This document shows positions 1 to 14,559 of a DNA stretch of 64,000 nucleotides, piece by piece (within the stretch, counting starts at the first letter, position 1; each line of letters opens with the position of its first letter). The stretch comes from Eledone cirrhosa (Eukaryota), in assembly GCA_964016885.1 (NCBI GenBank), contig OZ024740.1, positions 94,054,001 through 94,118,000 on the forward strand. Direction: 5' to 3'. The position numbers were made by a program, and so were the translations under genes. The notes beneath the pieces were generated by a model, which saw only the letters and a program-made list of their open reading frames with translations, was not told where the DNA came from and made no database searches.

Positions 1-2
1 AT

Positions 3-45
3 GTAATCCTGATGATTTCTAATAAGAATGAAACGCGTAGGTTAC
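3..45 (+). ncRNA. Minimal type I hammerhead ribozyme (PLE pLTR type)
   Basis: gtaatc-CTGATGA-t[ttct aata agaa]t-GAA-acgcgt(palindrome)-A-ggttac. Stem I gtaatc/ggttac, cleavage triplet GUA. Confidence 0.85.
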
Positions 46-208
46 TGCCCTTGCTTTTATCGAGGATCTCAAATTGTAATACGTGACGTATTCTATTCTA
101 TAGCGATTAGGTCTTCAAAATGTTTATTATAAACATACAGAATATGTTCGAATATTCTATGTTTGTCTTCACATATATATCGCTATTTCAGAGCATTAAA
201 TCCAAATT

Positions 209-536
<328 letters not shown>

Positions 537-539
537 CAT

Positions 540-1436
540 ATATTAAAATATAGAGAAAATACTGCAGGTAGCACATGGATAACATGTCATAAAATAAGTC
601 CCTCATCAGTGATTTGCCGAATATCATAGATATTTCATTGCATTAAAAATCATATATCTCACGTCGGTGCAATAATAACCAAAATAAGTTATTAGGACAA
701 TTAAAACGCGTAAAGAGAGTGAGACAGGAGAACAACAGAGTAAAGCTAACCGGGGGAAAGAAACAAGCTTCAAAAATTATTCTCTTTAGCATAAGGTAGG
801 TGAATATATGAGCGCTTAGAGAATAGATCATACACGAGCGAAGGCTATGAGCAGAGAGAGAAAAATAGCGTTCGTGGTGTGCAGGATGAAATGAAGAGAA
901 GAGAGAGAAAAACAGTGAGTGAGTGAAAGTGTGAGGAAGAGTTAACGGACATGACAGATGGGGAGAAACAGAGAGAATGGGGGAACAGTAAGAGAGAGAA
1001 AAAAACACAGAATCGCAGTGGTAAATATATGTATTAAAATATAGAGAAAAATACTGCAGGTAGAACATGGACATGGATAACATGTAATAAAATAAGTCCC
1101 TCATCAGTGATTTGCCGAAGATCATAGATATTTCATTGCATTAAAAATCATATATCTCACGTCGGTGCAATAATAACTAAAATAAGTTATTAGGACAATT
1201 AAAACGCGTAAAGCGAGTGAGACAGGAGAACAACAGAGTAAAGCTAACCGGGGGAAAGAAACAAGCTTCAAAAATTATTCTGTTTAGCATAAGCTAGGTG
1301 AATATATGAGCGCTTAGAGAATAGATCCTACACGAGCGAAGGATATGAGCAGAGACAGAAAAATAGCGTTCGTGGTGTGCAGGATGAAATGAAGAGAAGA
1401 GAGAGAAAAACAGTGAGTGAGTGAAAGTGTGAGGAA
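540..1436 (-). repeat. Non-coding partial tandem repeat (~498 bp period), retrozyme/pLTR-like family A
   Basis: Unit starting tattaaaatatagagaaaa at ~541 recurs at ~1032. TCATCAG at 603 and 1101. A diverged homolog lies at ~9925-10290. Confidence 0.8.
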
Positions 1437-1439
1437 TAC

Positions 1440-1882
1440 AATATGCATAAATATTTTGTATCTCCAAAGAAATAGAGTTTTAGGAAGTCGTAGCTATGCA
1501 AACACCGGGGAGCTAACGTCCTCTGGTGGTGTCCAGCAGAAGCAAGAGGGGCAACCGTCTATGCATGCCAGGCTTAACTTGCATTCGTCAGGACGGTCTC
1601 TCCGACTGCTTACTACTGCTGGACTAGAAGAGAGGTGAGAATATATATATAATCACCTCATTTACACAGACGGGAAAAGTATTTATTCTCAGCTGTCTTC
1701 TAGTCCAGCAGTCGCAAACGGTGGGAGGGACCGTCCTGGCGAACGTCAGTTAAGCCTGAAATGCATAGACGATTGTCCCCCTTGCTTCTGCTGGACATCA
1801 CCAGAGGGCGTTAGCCCCCCAATGTTTCCATAGCTACGGCTTCCTACCACTGTATTTCTTTGGAGATACATAATATTTATAC

Positions 1883-1887
<5 letters not shown>
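1440..1887. repeat. Diverged inverted repeat (~205 bp arms), each arm carrying a damaged hammerhead
   Basis: Arms ~1440-1646 and ~1681-1887 are reverse complements with scattered mismatches. HHR motifs at 1554-1597(-) and 1730-1773(+). Confidence 0.8.
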
Positions 1888-1924
<37 letters not shown>

Positions 1925-2017
1925 TAAGGATCGATCGACTTTCGTCAAATCGGACTGCGGAAACAATGTTTTCGTCGGTCTTTCCAGTTGCTAATACTAT
2001 CTATCGGTCGCAACTCC

Positions 2018-2094
<77 letters not shown>

Positions 2095-2103
<9 letters not shown>

Positions 2104-3070
2104 GAGAGGTTTTTTACAAAGTGAAAAATAACCGAGGTATCCTACAAGAGTTAAAGTATAAAGAAAAAAAGATGAAATCGAAAATGCAACTGGAGTCTTA
2201 TTTTTTTTTAAATATATATATATATTTGGTTCCTTTATCGGTTTCGCAGTTTTTCTGCTTTTCAAAAGTAGAGTTGAGATCGAGGGTCTGTTGTTTTGCT
2301 CACATCTGGTTGGTCTATGAATATTACTTGTTTTATATGGAAAAAAGTGGCTCGAAACGCAATGTTTTTAGAGAAGTAATTTGATTGCTTGGTCAATCAG
2401 TATAATAAATGTCGCGCCACTTCGCGTTACAAAATTCTTCAAATAAGGGGCGGGGGTGCTCCGGTTGATTTTTCATATATGAGTGTTTGAATTTCTTTTT
2501 ACTTAAAAAAAGGGGCTAACGAAGGCTCTTTTTAAAAAATGTAATATGATTGGTTATAAATTAAATTAAGGTTGTCACGTGAACAAATTCTATAAATTTC
2601 GCGCCCGTATTTTGGAATTTGTTTTGTCGCCTTTTAGAGAATGTTATGACAATAAGAAGGTGGCTCACGAAGTTTGTTTTTTTTAAATGTAATTTGATTG
2701 GTTATAAATGGAATTATGCTGTCACGTGAATAAGTTCATTAAAATTTGGCGCCCGTATTTGAGAATTTATTTTGTAGCCTTTTACATAATTTTATGACAA
2801 TAAAAAATTTGTACCGAAGGCTTTTTTTTTTAAATGCAATTTGATTGGTTATAAATGAAATTATGACTGTCACGTGAACAAGATCCACGCCCGTATTATT
2901 TATTGTGTAGCCATTTAGAGAATTTTATGACAAGCAAAAGAATGGTCAAGAGAAATTGGATGGGAGAGTTGTTCTGGTTCAGTGAATATGGCTCCTTCGC
3001 TGGGGTGTCAGGGTTCAGATTTTCTATTGAAATAAAGAAAGTAGACATATGTATGTTTATTTGTGTGTGT
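2095..3070 (+). repeat. Dispersed repeat family with internal ~147 bp tandem subunits
   Basis: Block aaaataaccgagg..gaaatcgaaaatgcaactggagtc recurs at ~41160, ~44390 and ~57500. GTCACGTG subunits at 2576, 2723, 2871. Confidence 0.8.
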
Positions 3071-3745
3071 GTGTGTGTGTGTATATAGGAAGATGATTAT
3101 ATTGGTAGAAATGTGGGAGTGAGTTGCGTGTGTGTGTATATGGGTGTTATGTGTGTGTATGGGAGTATGTTAAGATGGAGAGTATATATATATTTTGCGT
3201 GTGGGTGTAGGAAAGTGATTCCATTAGTAGAAATGGGGGACGGAGTTGTACGAGGGTGGGGGAGGGGTTATGTGTGTGTGTGGGTGGGTGTTATGAGTGT
3301 GTGGAAGTATGGTTAGTATGTTAAGATGAAGAGAATATATATTGTGTGTGTGTGGGGGAGGGGGAATGATTCCGTTAGTAGAAATATTTTTGAATGAACA
3401 TATTTTCCTTACTATTCGTATTTATTCTGTTGTATTGTCAGCGCAAACGTATGTTAATATTTATTTATTTCGGGTTTTTATTTTCTAAAGTAGAAGGTCT
3501 TATGTGTGTGTGTATGTGTCTGTTTGGATGGTTACCATGTTATGGTGTTGACATAATGTATATTAAACCATATTTAATGCTGGTCCATATTTTTGAATAA
3601 ACATATTTTCGCTATCTATTTGTATTTGTAATGGTGAATTGTCAGCGCAAAGGTAAAATGGGAATACTTGGAATTTGGGTGTCTTATTACTTGCACAAAT
3701 GTCTAGATGTGCGCTTAGTGGTATCTGTCTCGGTGTTGGATCTAC

Positions 3746-3990
3746 AAATAACCCCAGACTCAATGCCTACGTGCTGTACTTTCTGAATATGATAAGTGGA
3801 ATTAAATTTTAAAAAAACGAACAGATCAGAGCAAATTACAAAATGACATCAATACACTACTAAAAAAACTAAGAAGCACCAACGGTATGATAGTAAAAGC
3901 AGACAAAATATCAAACGTATATACTATAGACCTTAATACATACAATAATTTAATTCGACGTTAACTGCACAGAAAAGCAAAAAAGACAAA
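3746..3990 (+). pseudogene. Decayed fragment of PLE RT N-terminal region
   Basis: Translates with frameshifts to [43 protein letters not shown] (ADKxxNxY motif). A near-identical inverted copy lies at 7460-7740. Confidence 0.6.
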
Positions 3991-3998
3991 TATGTATG

Positions 3999-4047
<49 letters not shown>

Positions 4048-4218
4048 CAACTAGAAATTGATTAACATATACATAAACATATGAAACAACCACAGCGGAT
4101 AATTTTTACAAGTGTGTAAGCACAGATGCCTTGGTAGGTAACTAAATAGAGTTAAATAGAACTTCAAAAATAGATACCTTCAATTTATGTATATATATAT
4201 ATATATGTATATATATAC

Positions 4219-4409
4219 ATATATGAATTAAAAGAATCAAAGAACTGTTCAAAACATGTTTATGCTCACTACTGTTTCCTCCAAACCGAGGTTTGGATTA
4301 TTCGGAGCAATTTATTATTGAATGAACACTTATATGACCTCCTTTTCAGGAAACAGTTGTAAGCATAACAATCTTTTGAACAGTTCTTTGATTCTTATAA
4401 TTCATATAA
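4219..4409. repeat. Short inverted repeat with decayed hammerhead (4263-4309, minus strand)
   Basis: Arms ~4219-4280 and ~4349-4409. Minus strand reads tgct-CCGAATA-a[tccaaac ctcg gtttgga]g-GAAA-cagtagt-g-agca, with a mutated core. Confidence 0.55.
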
Positions 4410-4929
4410 CTGCTCTGTAAATCATCTGATGTTATTACATTGAGCTATTTAACTTACTGGTAATAAGGTAGTAATATATTACTGCCTACCACTATTTAGG
4501 GTTTATAAAAATATATATAACTACAAAAGGTTTTTGTATTTGCATAACCATAAATAGTATAATTAATACTATATATATATATATATATATAGAAGTGGAT
4601 GGATACTTCAACAGGTACAATGTACTTGTAGAAATATTCAAGTTGTTTATAATACATGTGGTTCAATGGCACTAATTCGAGATACCAGAATTATTTCTAC
4701 AAGTACATTGTACCTGTTGAAGTATCCATCCACTTCTATAATTTATTCTCCTTACGTAGAGAACAAAACGTTGAATAATGCTGCTAATTTTAGTGGCAAT
4801 TCGACATGTTTATAATATCCAGCTTTTACCAGCGACCTGATTTGCGTGTGTGTCATTTAACGGCTTGACCGCATGCGTTGGGCAGGGAGCATAATATTTA
4901 CTTGCTATACCTTATAGCGTGGAAATAGG

Positions 4930-5010
4930 GCTGTCTGAAGATTCATTTCTTTCCATTGGAAATTCGTTGGATTTCCAATCTTTCGGAATGATGAAACCGT
5001 CGGTAACAGC
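4930..5010 (+). ncRNA. Type I hammerhead ribozyme with extended stem II
   Basis: gctgt-CTGAAGA-t[tcatt..attggaaatt cgttg gatttccaat..aatga]t-GAA-accgtcggt-A-acagc. Perfect 5 bp stem I. Confidence 0.85.
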
Positions 5011-5386
5011 ATCTGAACAGGTGATTATTTAATCATTTTTTAATTTATTTAGAAAATTGTTTAATAACCGTTTGTTTCGCTACTTTTATATTGTTCTGGT
5101 ATCTCGAATTAGTGCCATTGAACCACATGTATTATAAACAACTTGAATATTTCTACAAGTACATTGTACCTGTTGAAGTATCCATCCACTTCTATAATTT
5201 ATTCTCCTTACGTAGAGAACAAAACGTTGAATAATGCTGCTAATTTTAGTGGCAATTCGACATGTTTATAATATCCAGCTCTTATCACCGACCTGATTTG
5301 CGTGTGTGTCACTTTAACGGCTTGACCGCATGCGTTGGGCAAGGAGCATAATATTTACTTGCTGTACCTTATAGCGTGGAAATAGG

Positions 5387-5467
5387 GCTGTCTGAAGATT
5401 CATTTCTTTCCATTGGAAATTCGTTGGATTTCCAATCTTTCGGAATGATGAAACCGTCGGTTACAGC
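5387..5467 (+). ncRNA. Second tandem copy of the same hammerhead (GUU triplet)
   Basis: Identical to 4930-5010 except that the cleavage-site nucleotide is T. Confidence 0.8.
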
Positions 5468-5545
5468 ATCTGAACAGGTGATTATTTAATCATTTTTTAA
5501 TTCATTTAGAAAATTGTTTAATAACCGTTTGTTTCGCTACTTTTA

Positions 5546-5586
<41 letters not shown>

Positions 5587-5600
5587 GCATATATATATAT

Positions 5601-7456
<1,856 letters not shown>

Positions 7457-7459
7457 TCG

Positions 7460-7740
7460 TTTTTTTGTTTTTTTTGTGCAGTTAACGTCGAATGAAATTA
7501 TTGTATGTATTAAGGTCTATAGTATATACGTTTGATATTTTGACTGCTTTTACTATCATACCGTTGGTGCTTCTTAGTTTTTTTTAGTAGTGTCATTTTG
7601 TAATTTGCTATGATGTGTTCGTTTTTTTAATTTAGTTCCACTTATCATATGCAGAAGGTCCAGCGCGAAGGCATCGAGTGTGGGGTTATTTGGAGGGTGT
7701 TTGCAGGATTTGTATCCATTGAAGAACCGTGCACTGGTAA
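7460..7740 (-). pseudogene. Decayed PLE RT N-terminal fragment
   Basis: GYKSCKHPPNNPTLDAFALDLLHMISG.. matches the GFKSxxxPP..FExDL pattern that precedes the RT of the PLE type seen at 61 kb. Confidence 0.65.
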
Positions 7741-7789
7741 ATTCTACAACTCTCGCCAATAAAATGTGGCAACTTAAGGACAAAATCCT

Positions 7790-9161
7790 TGATTAACAAT
7801 ATTAGCTGGTCGAAATTAGCGGCCGCAAAGGCCTATAACAGCGGTATGTTCCATTGCGGGCACTGCAACCTTCAATTGCTACATATCTTAAGGAACGTTT
7901 AAATGCTACTCAACAGCAAACTAGAAAGGTCAATTTTCTGTAGACATACGATTTCTACAATATTCGCGAGATTTAAACCAACGTCATTTGAACCAGCATC
8001 CCCTATATTAAGGGAAACTCACTCAGCATTTAACATATGAAATCCATATTCTCACACAGCCCACTACAGAACCATAATCTTCTATAAACACCTTCTAGCC
8101 TCCCTGAATCTATACCACTAGATGGGGCAGTAATGTCTACAACTATCTTATCAGCCCATAAATCTATACCACTAAATGGGGCAGTAATGTCTACAACTAA
8201 TTTATCAGCCCATAAATCAATCTTCGGACCAAACAATTGTATCTACGTATCTCACATTAGCACTCATGATCTATAACAGATGAACTTAATTCTAAGTACA
8301 TTATCTTATTACTCCTACACTCCTTGAAATCTTATTTTCCTCTTATTATTATTATGATAATCTCAATCTATCCCTAATATTATTCATGACGTTCTCTCTA
8401 TCTACAATGCACTTTTTACTATTTTATTACTTTTATTGTCTCTATTATTGTTGTTATCATTTTCTTATTTATACACTATTTGTTATTGATGTTGTGAAAA
8501 CTAAACCCCTATGGTTCGAAATAACAATCCCAACTTTTAGAATATGCCACTTAAATAACGAATCTACAACTTCACTTAACACCACATAAAAAAATTATAT
8601 ATTTATTTGCACCTACCCTATCATTCTCACTAAATTAATACAACGAAAATATGTCAAACAATAAATAAAACTCCGGTTTATTTGCCAGCGTGTCTTCAGA
8701 CCTACAGCAAACGCATATAGCTCATAAATCCTGACTCCAAGTACATTTTATCAGTTATCTCTTGACAACCTTAACACTACATCTAATGTACGCTATAGCA
8801 GTTTTCACATGTCAATTTCATGCATCTGTATCATATCAGTTCGTGTAATATGCTAGATTAATCATTATACTCTATTTCTTACATATATTGATGTTATTAT
8901 TTTAAGTATTCAGTATCTAGTTATTTTATTATTGATATTACTGTTGTGGTTTAATACCACTCCTCTATAAAAGCCATGCCTTGTGTATCTTCCTCACTTT
9001 CGCATGATGTGATGAAAACGACTGCATATAAACAAAATATTCGATATCGACTGACGCATCATCGACCGAGTAGCGAACTCTAGACCTACCAGGTCAAATA
9101 AACAATTGTCAGCAATGTGAATAAAGCCTGGGTGTATAGCAAACAATGTCACTCTTCTTTC

Positions 9162-9170
<9 letters not shown>
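7790..9170 (+). mobile_element. Old PLE 3' fragment (endonuclease C-terminus, AT-rich 3' UTR, decayed HHR)
   Basis: ISWSKLAAAKAYNSGMFHCGHC..LLNSKLERSIFCRH at ~7790-7950. 54 bp tandem duplication at 8107-8218. CTGACGC..TAA-acaattgt-C remnant at 9051-9110. Confidence 0.55.
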
Positions 9171-9240
<70 letters not shown>

Positions 9241-9243
9241 ATA

Positions 9244-9335
<92 letters not shown>

Positions 9336-9541
9336 AGTGTGTGTGTGTGTGTAAGAATATTTTTGAAACACCGAGTTGGTTTGAAGTTATATTAGAAATG
9401 TAAGATATCGCCGAATTTTGACTTAAAAAATTACAGAAATTATTTAGCCTGATAGTGGGGTTAAGAACCCTCGGAGAAATGGAAAAAGGTGACTATTGAC
9501 ATACATAGATACATATATATATAAACATATATATGTATATA

Positions 9542-9601
<60 letters not shown>

Positions 9602-9619
9602 TTGTTTGTTTTTTGTTTT

Positions 9620-9871
9620 CTCTCTCTCGTCTACGATTTCACAGACCTTATGTTTACCGAATTCACGGACTAGATCCCTTCTTCCTCCCGTTAGACCTGT
9701 GCGAAATTCCTTCCTTGCTCACATTTCAACCAGGTTTGATGGTCTTTATTCTCTCTCGTTCACGATTTCACCGAACTTATATTCATGGAAATTTGGGACT
9801 TGACTCGTTCTTCCTCACTTTTCGTGGCTTCACCATCTTTGTTTCTTTCCATTCTCGCTGTTCCCTTTATT

Positions 9872-9927
<56 letters not shown>

Positions 9928-10292
9928 AACAAAAGTGATGCGGAGTTGCAAATGGGTTACATATGAATAAAGTGGTCCTTCATCAGTGATCTTCCAACCA
10001 TCATCGGTATTTCTTCGCTTTAAATACCATATACCTCCGGATGGTGCGAGCAACGGCTAAAGAAAGTCGTTGAGGCATGTAAATAAAGGGAACATCGAGA
10101 ATGTAAACAAACAAAGATGGTGAAGCAACGAAAAGTGAGGAAGAACGAGTGAAGTCCCAAATTTCCTTGAATATAAGTTCCGTGAAATCGTGAACGAGAG
10201 AGAATAAAGACCATCAAACCTGGTTGAAATGTGAGCAAGGAAGGAATTTCGCACAGGTCTAACGGGAGGAAGAAGGGATCTAGTCCGTGAAT
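9620..10292. repeat. Family A relative with inverted arms
   Basis: ~9660-9872 is the reverse complement of ~10078-10292. 9975-10060 aligns by eye with 598-690. Confidence 0.75.
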
Positions 10293-10374
10293 TGCCAATA
10301 TTAGAAACAATTATTAACATCAAATTGTATGGATCATATCAGTGATGGTGTAAAGAGTATTATATAATTATATT

Positions 10375-10408
<34 letters not shown>

Positions 10409-10530
10409 AATATAATTATATAATTCTCTTTACACCATCACTGATATGATCCATACAATTTGATGTTAATAATTGTTTCTAATATTGGCACAAGGCCAGA
10501 AATTACGCAGTACATTACTGGTAATTTGAT
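10293..10530. repeat. Palindrome centred on (TA)n, ending in a SINE 3' tail fragment
   Basis: Arms 10293-10385 and 10400-10491. aattgtttctaatattggcacaaggcc is the reverse complement of the tail of the SINE family at 46414. Confidence 0.75.
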
Positions 10531-11489
10531 CTTAATAATAATAGTGTATTTCTAAGACAATTTTTTTCTTATATTCATTCCGTAAATGTTCATACACCCT
10601 AATATTAATATTAGCCTCTCTTTGTCTTCTTCCCTTATAAATTATCCTAATAATTATTTAAATTTACCTAGCGTCTAAATATAACGATCTTTTTTCAGCC
10701 TTACGTTTCAAACTCATTTACATATTCATCCTAAAGATTTGAATTTTTTATTTCATTATCCTAACTGAAACTGAACCGATAAAGTCTGGTTTCGTGGGTA
10801 TGTAATATATAAAACAAATTTTGTATTTATGTGATGAGAGCGTACCAACATTTTGGTAACCTTGAAATGTATATAATAAAGTAAATATGGTTTTATAAAT
10901 ATCGTTCCCATGTATTAATATCATTCATATTATATCACAGAAAACTCTAGAGTACTTCCAATCTGATATAAATAAATAAGTTTGAAAGCCATGGCAGTGC
11001 TTGTTTGGACGGAGAAGGAGAATAATTACATCGTAAGAAACAGCGTTTTATTTTTTCCTGAATTTATTCATACCTCCTGATATTTCCAGAATAATATCTT
11101 TTCTTCCGACGAAAATAAGAAAAAATATTCCAGTGGTTGATGTGGCCTGCTATACCATGCTAGCCTGAAGAGGTTGTATTAGTATTTTTTTTTCTAACCT
11201 CTTTTGTTTCAAATTAGGGACTGGACAGGTTAAAGGGGCATATAGTTGTTTCCTTTTAAATCCGATTAGATGAATATACATCGATATGTGCTGACACACA
11301 CGTTCATGGACACATATGTCGTGTGTAAGCACGCACGCAAATACATAAGAATCGTGTAAACACCTGAATGTATTTACACGATCTTTCTCGGTTAAATTAA
11401 TGTGGTCATAAGCAGGCCTATGTGTAGAGTCCAGTGAATCTTCTAAGTTCTTTTGTGTCTACCTAGTGCTATGTTAGGCCTTGTGTGCT

Positions 11490-12110
11490 TAATTATAATC
11501 AATTATTGATTTCGGGGTGTGTTCTGTCTATGATTAATTATTCCATAATTTGAGGATTGCCGAGGTTTCTTTATTTTATTTCAACCTTAAACTGTTATTT
11601 TCTAGGTGGCGTTTTGTTCATTCCTCTAACTATTTTTTAAATGAGGAAGCGTTAGTGTCAATGTGTTCCTTAATCCTGATTGGTAGGTGTCTGGTGGTGC
11701 TACCTATATAGAAGTTGTCGCATTTATCATATTGGAATCTGTACATAACGTATGCATGATCGTATGTGTCTGTGTTATCGATGGGCCAGTTGACCAGGAT
11801 GCATTGTCTGTTGTGTCCACCAGGTCTTCTCCTATTTAGAGAGTGCCCCGTGTAAGCTAGTTGTAAGTCAAGTCCCTCTCTTCGGAAACCCTGCGGGTGG
11901 ATGTTGTTCTGTTATGACTGAAATGTGGGGCCTTCAGGAAATAGGTGTTGGCTGAGTTCGTGCTTCGAATGATGGATTTCCTATTCCTAACGCGATTCAC
12001 GATTTAGGACGGGTAACAGTTTAGCTTAAGCACTTCGAATAAGTGTTTGGTGTGCGTGGCTGTGTTCGGTCTCCTGTGATGCTCATTTATTCCGTATTTT
12101 TGTCTCTAGA
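11490..12110 (-). pseudogene. PLE GIY-YIG endonuclease fragment (Naiad-like pattern)
   Basis: CILVNWPIDNTDTYDHAYVMYRFQYDKCDNFYIGSTTRHLPIRIKEH, with frameshifts and stops. Clade assignment is from recalled motifs only. Confidence 0.7.
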
Positions 12111-12299
12111 TCATAAATGTAGACTGAGCTCTCGTCACATATAACTAAGTCTCAAGGACACATATATTCAAAGCGAACCACTCGACAATATCTCTGTCAT
12201 CAACACGCCTCAGACTTCAATCTTCCTTGAGCATCTGCGTACCAACTTTGCACAAATGTTGTGATGATTCAGATCGTCATGAATTACTTTGCACAGGCG

Positions 12300-13350
12300 T
12301 TAGCAAAGAAGTGCGAGGGAAAGGAAGGCTAAAGGTGGATGGTTATTACAAAAATGTCCTTTATTTCACGGTTATTGGGAGGATAATCAATAAGAAAAAA
12401 ATAATAATAAATCAGGATGAAAAGAATGTATATAAATATGATAGAAGTTAAAGCCTGACGAATACAACGTTGAAAATATATAAACAAATAAATAATCACC
12501 ATATTTCCCGGCGTGGAAGACGTTACATTTTTCCTAATATTTGTCTCATATGCATCCAGGAGGCCGAAGATTGTTTATTATTTTTTTTTAAATTGTTGGT
12601 TGTCAAAATTAGGGTGCGTCCTCGAGGACGAATTGTCTTTGGCGCTGGAAAATACGGTAATATATGCATTAATTCGGTTAGTCGTTAAATGGAATCGCGG
12701 TATAACATGGACAAATGTGAAATAATGAAAACGTATAAAGCGTGACATAAAATATGATATATAACGAATGATATGATACATCAAACGTGATGTAAAAATG
12801 CAACGTGGCGAAGTTATAGGGTGATAGCTGTGGTAGATATGAATATAGATATAAATAATACATAAAAAAAATGTAGAGTGAAGAACATATATATTGTAGG
12901 GGAAAGAAAATAATAAATACTGGGAAAAAGTGAAGTGATGAAATGTCGTGATGAAGTAAATAAATGTCGTGATGAAGTAAATAAAATCACCGTATAATTT
13001 CGCCATACTATATTATTTACATCACGTTATATTTTCTATATCACGCGTTATATATATATATTTTTTTTTTTGCATCACACGTTATGTATTCCATTTTAAA
13101 TCACGCTTTATGCATTTCACTTATTCCATGTTATAAAGTAATTCCATTTAATCACTCCCTGAATTTATGTATATAATTATTTAATTATTTGCACTCTTGT
13201 ATTCGCCAGGATTTAAATTATTGCCCTTATTTTGTTTTATTTTTATTTTCACCCTCACTTACACTTACATTTATCTTTATTGATTAACGCCTCAATGACC
13301 TTGAAATACAGACATTGTTTGCACTACACACCCACCTGTTTGTGTTTCGC
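12300..13350. repeat. Old fold-back element with long diverged inverted arms
   Basis: 12340-12490 pairs with ~13180-13335 (cctgacgaatacaa / ttgtattcgccagg) and 12660-12800 pairs with ~13010-13175. The left arm is interrupted by a MITE. Confidence 0.55.
12497..12659. mobile_element. Tc1/mariner-pogo-like MITE
   Basis: Imperfect TIRs caccatatttcccggcgtggaagac / gtctttggcgctggaaaatacggta, resembling TACCGTATTTTCCGGCG ends. Confidence 0.6.
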
Positions 13351-13746
13351 TGTCGCTTTTCGTAATTCCTAAAAACATACCCCTAATCCCCACAGGTAAC
13401 CACGTACGCGCGAATATGTCCTACTGGCAGTACCCCACCAACATTCATTTATTTTCACAATATCTTTTGTTTTTCTACAACTTTTCGTCCGATCTCCAAA
13501 AGTTTCAGATTTTTTTTCCCAAACCAACCAACAAAAATGAAGAAAAATCGACATCATAAAATGAATGCATATTTTTTTTAAAGATGTAACCGAAACAGTA
13601 CGTTATTAAGCAAACAGCAGTTTGTTCAGCGTTTCAATCTAGAACCGGGCCCCATTGATAGAGATCGAAACTTGAGATGATCAATCGCGTAACGCACGTC
13701 ACACCTGTGTAGAGTTAATGAAAATTTCACACATCGTCAATAATCC

Positions 13747-13802
<56 letters not shown>

Positions 13803-13806
<4 letters not shown>

Positions 13807-14559
13807 GAGAGACGTAAAATAAGAAAATTATAAAATTAACTTACTTACTAAAAAATCACTTCCAACTAATTAGTTTCTGGAATGGAGTAATTCCGAAGAA
13901 ACATAGGGAAAATCATGCCGTCATCAGGAAAGTCTTTTTCCGTATAGGTCTCCAGGCATAGCGAGGACACTGGAAACTTATTAAAAAAATAATTCAGTGG
14001 AATGCAAATAACGAAGCGTGGACTGGATTCCAAGCCATTGGGAAATTCACTGCCTCTACGTCTGTGGCAAATTCAAAAAGAATCAATCACGTGACATCGA
14101 GGTCAATCAGTGGAAAGCGAGTGGTTATTAAGACAGCGGCCAGCTTACTACCATAGTAGCAGTCATGGCCAAATATTGCTCGACAAATGAATTGGAGATA
14201 ATTATAAGGAATTTATATCTAGTAACATTTATATACACACAGATGCATATCAATGCTAGCAAATATATAGGTTTTGTCTTATTAACAATGTGGTTCAATG
14301 CATGGGGTTGCAGAACAATAATATGAGAGACGTAACATAAGAAAATTATAAAATTAACTTACTTACTAAAAAAAAAACTAATTAGTTGGAAGTGATTTTT
14401 TAGTAAGTAAGTTAATTTTATAACTTTCTTATTTTACGTCTCTCATATTATTGTTCTGCAACCCCATGCATTGAACCACATTGTTAATAAGACAAAACCT
14501 ATATATTTGCTAGCATTGATATGCATATGTGTGTATATAAATGTTACTAGATATAAATT

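Larger units (their letters stand above)
4590..5547 (+). mobile_element. Retrozyme-like non-autonomous element: 457 bp tandem units with HHR plus inverted leader (family B)
   Basis: 4693-5090 is repeated 457 bp later. 4590-4690 is the reverse complement of ~5095-5195. Flanked by (TA)n, no ORF. Confidence 0.8.

Noticed and set aside
1925-1985. Minus-strand CCGACGA..GAAAgtcgatcgat hammerhead-like motif
   Set aside because: Core mutated and stems I and II unconvincing. At most a decayed remnant.
8107-8218. 54 bp direct repeat as a CRISPR-like array
   Set aside because: Two adjacent copies with no spacer in a eukaryotic context, so a simple tandem duplication.
8690-8705. Minus-strand CTGAAGA
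   Set aside because: No GAAA or stems at a usable distance.
11341-11480. SECIS element downstream of the Naiad-like fragment
   Set aside because: ATGA and AA are present but the GA quartet partner and helix are not supportable.
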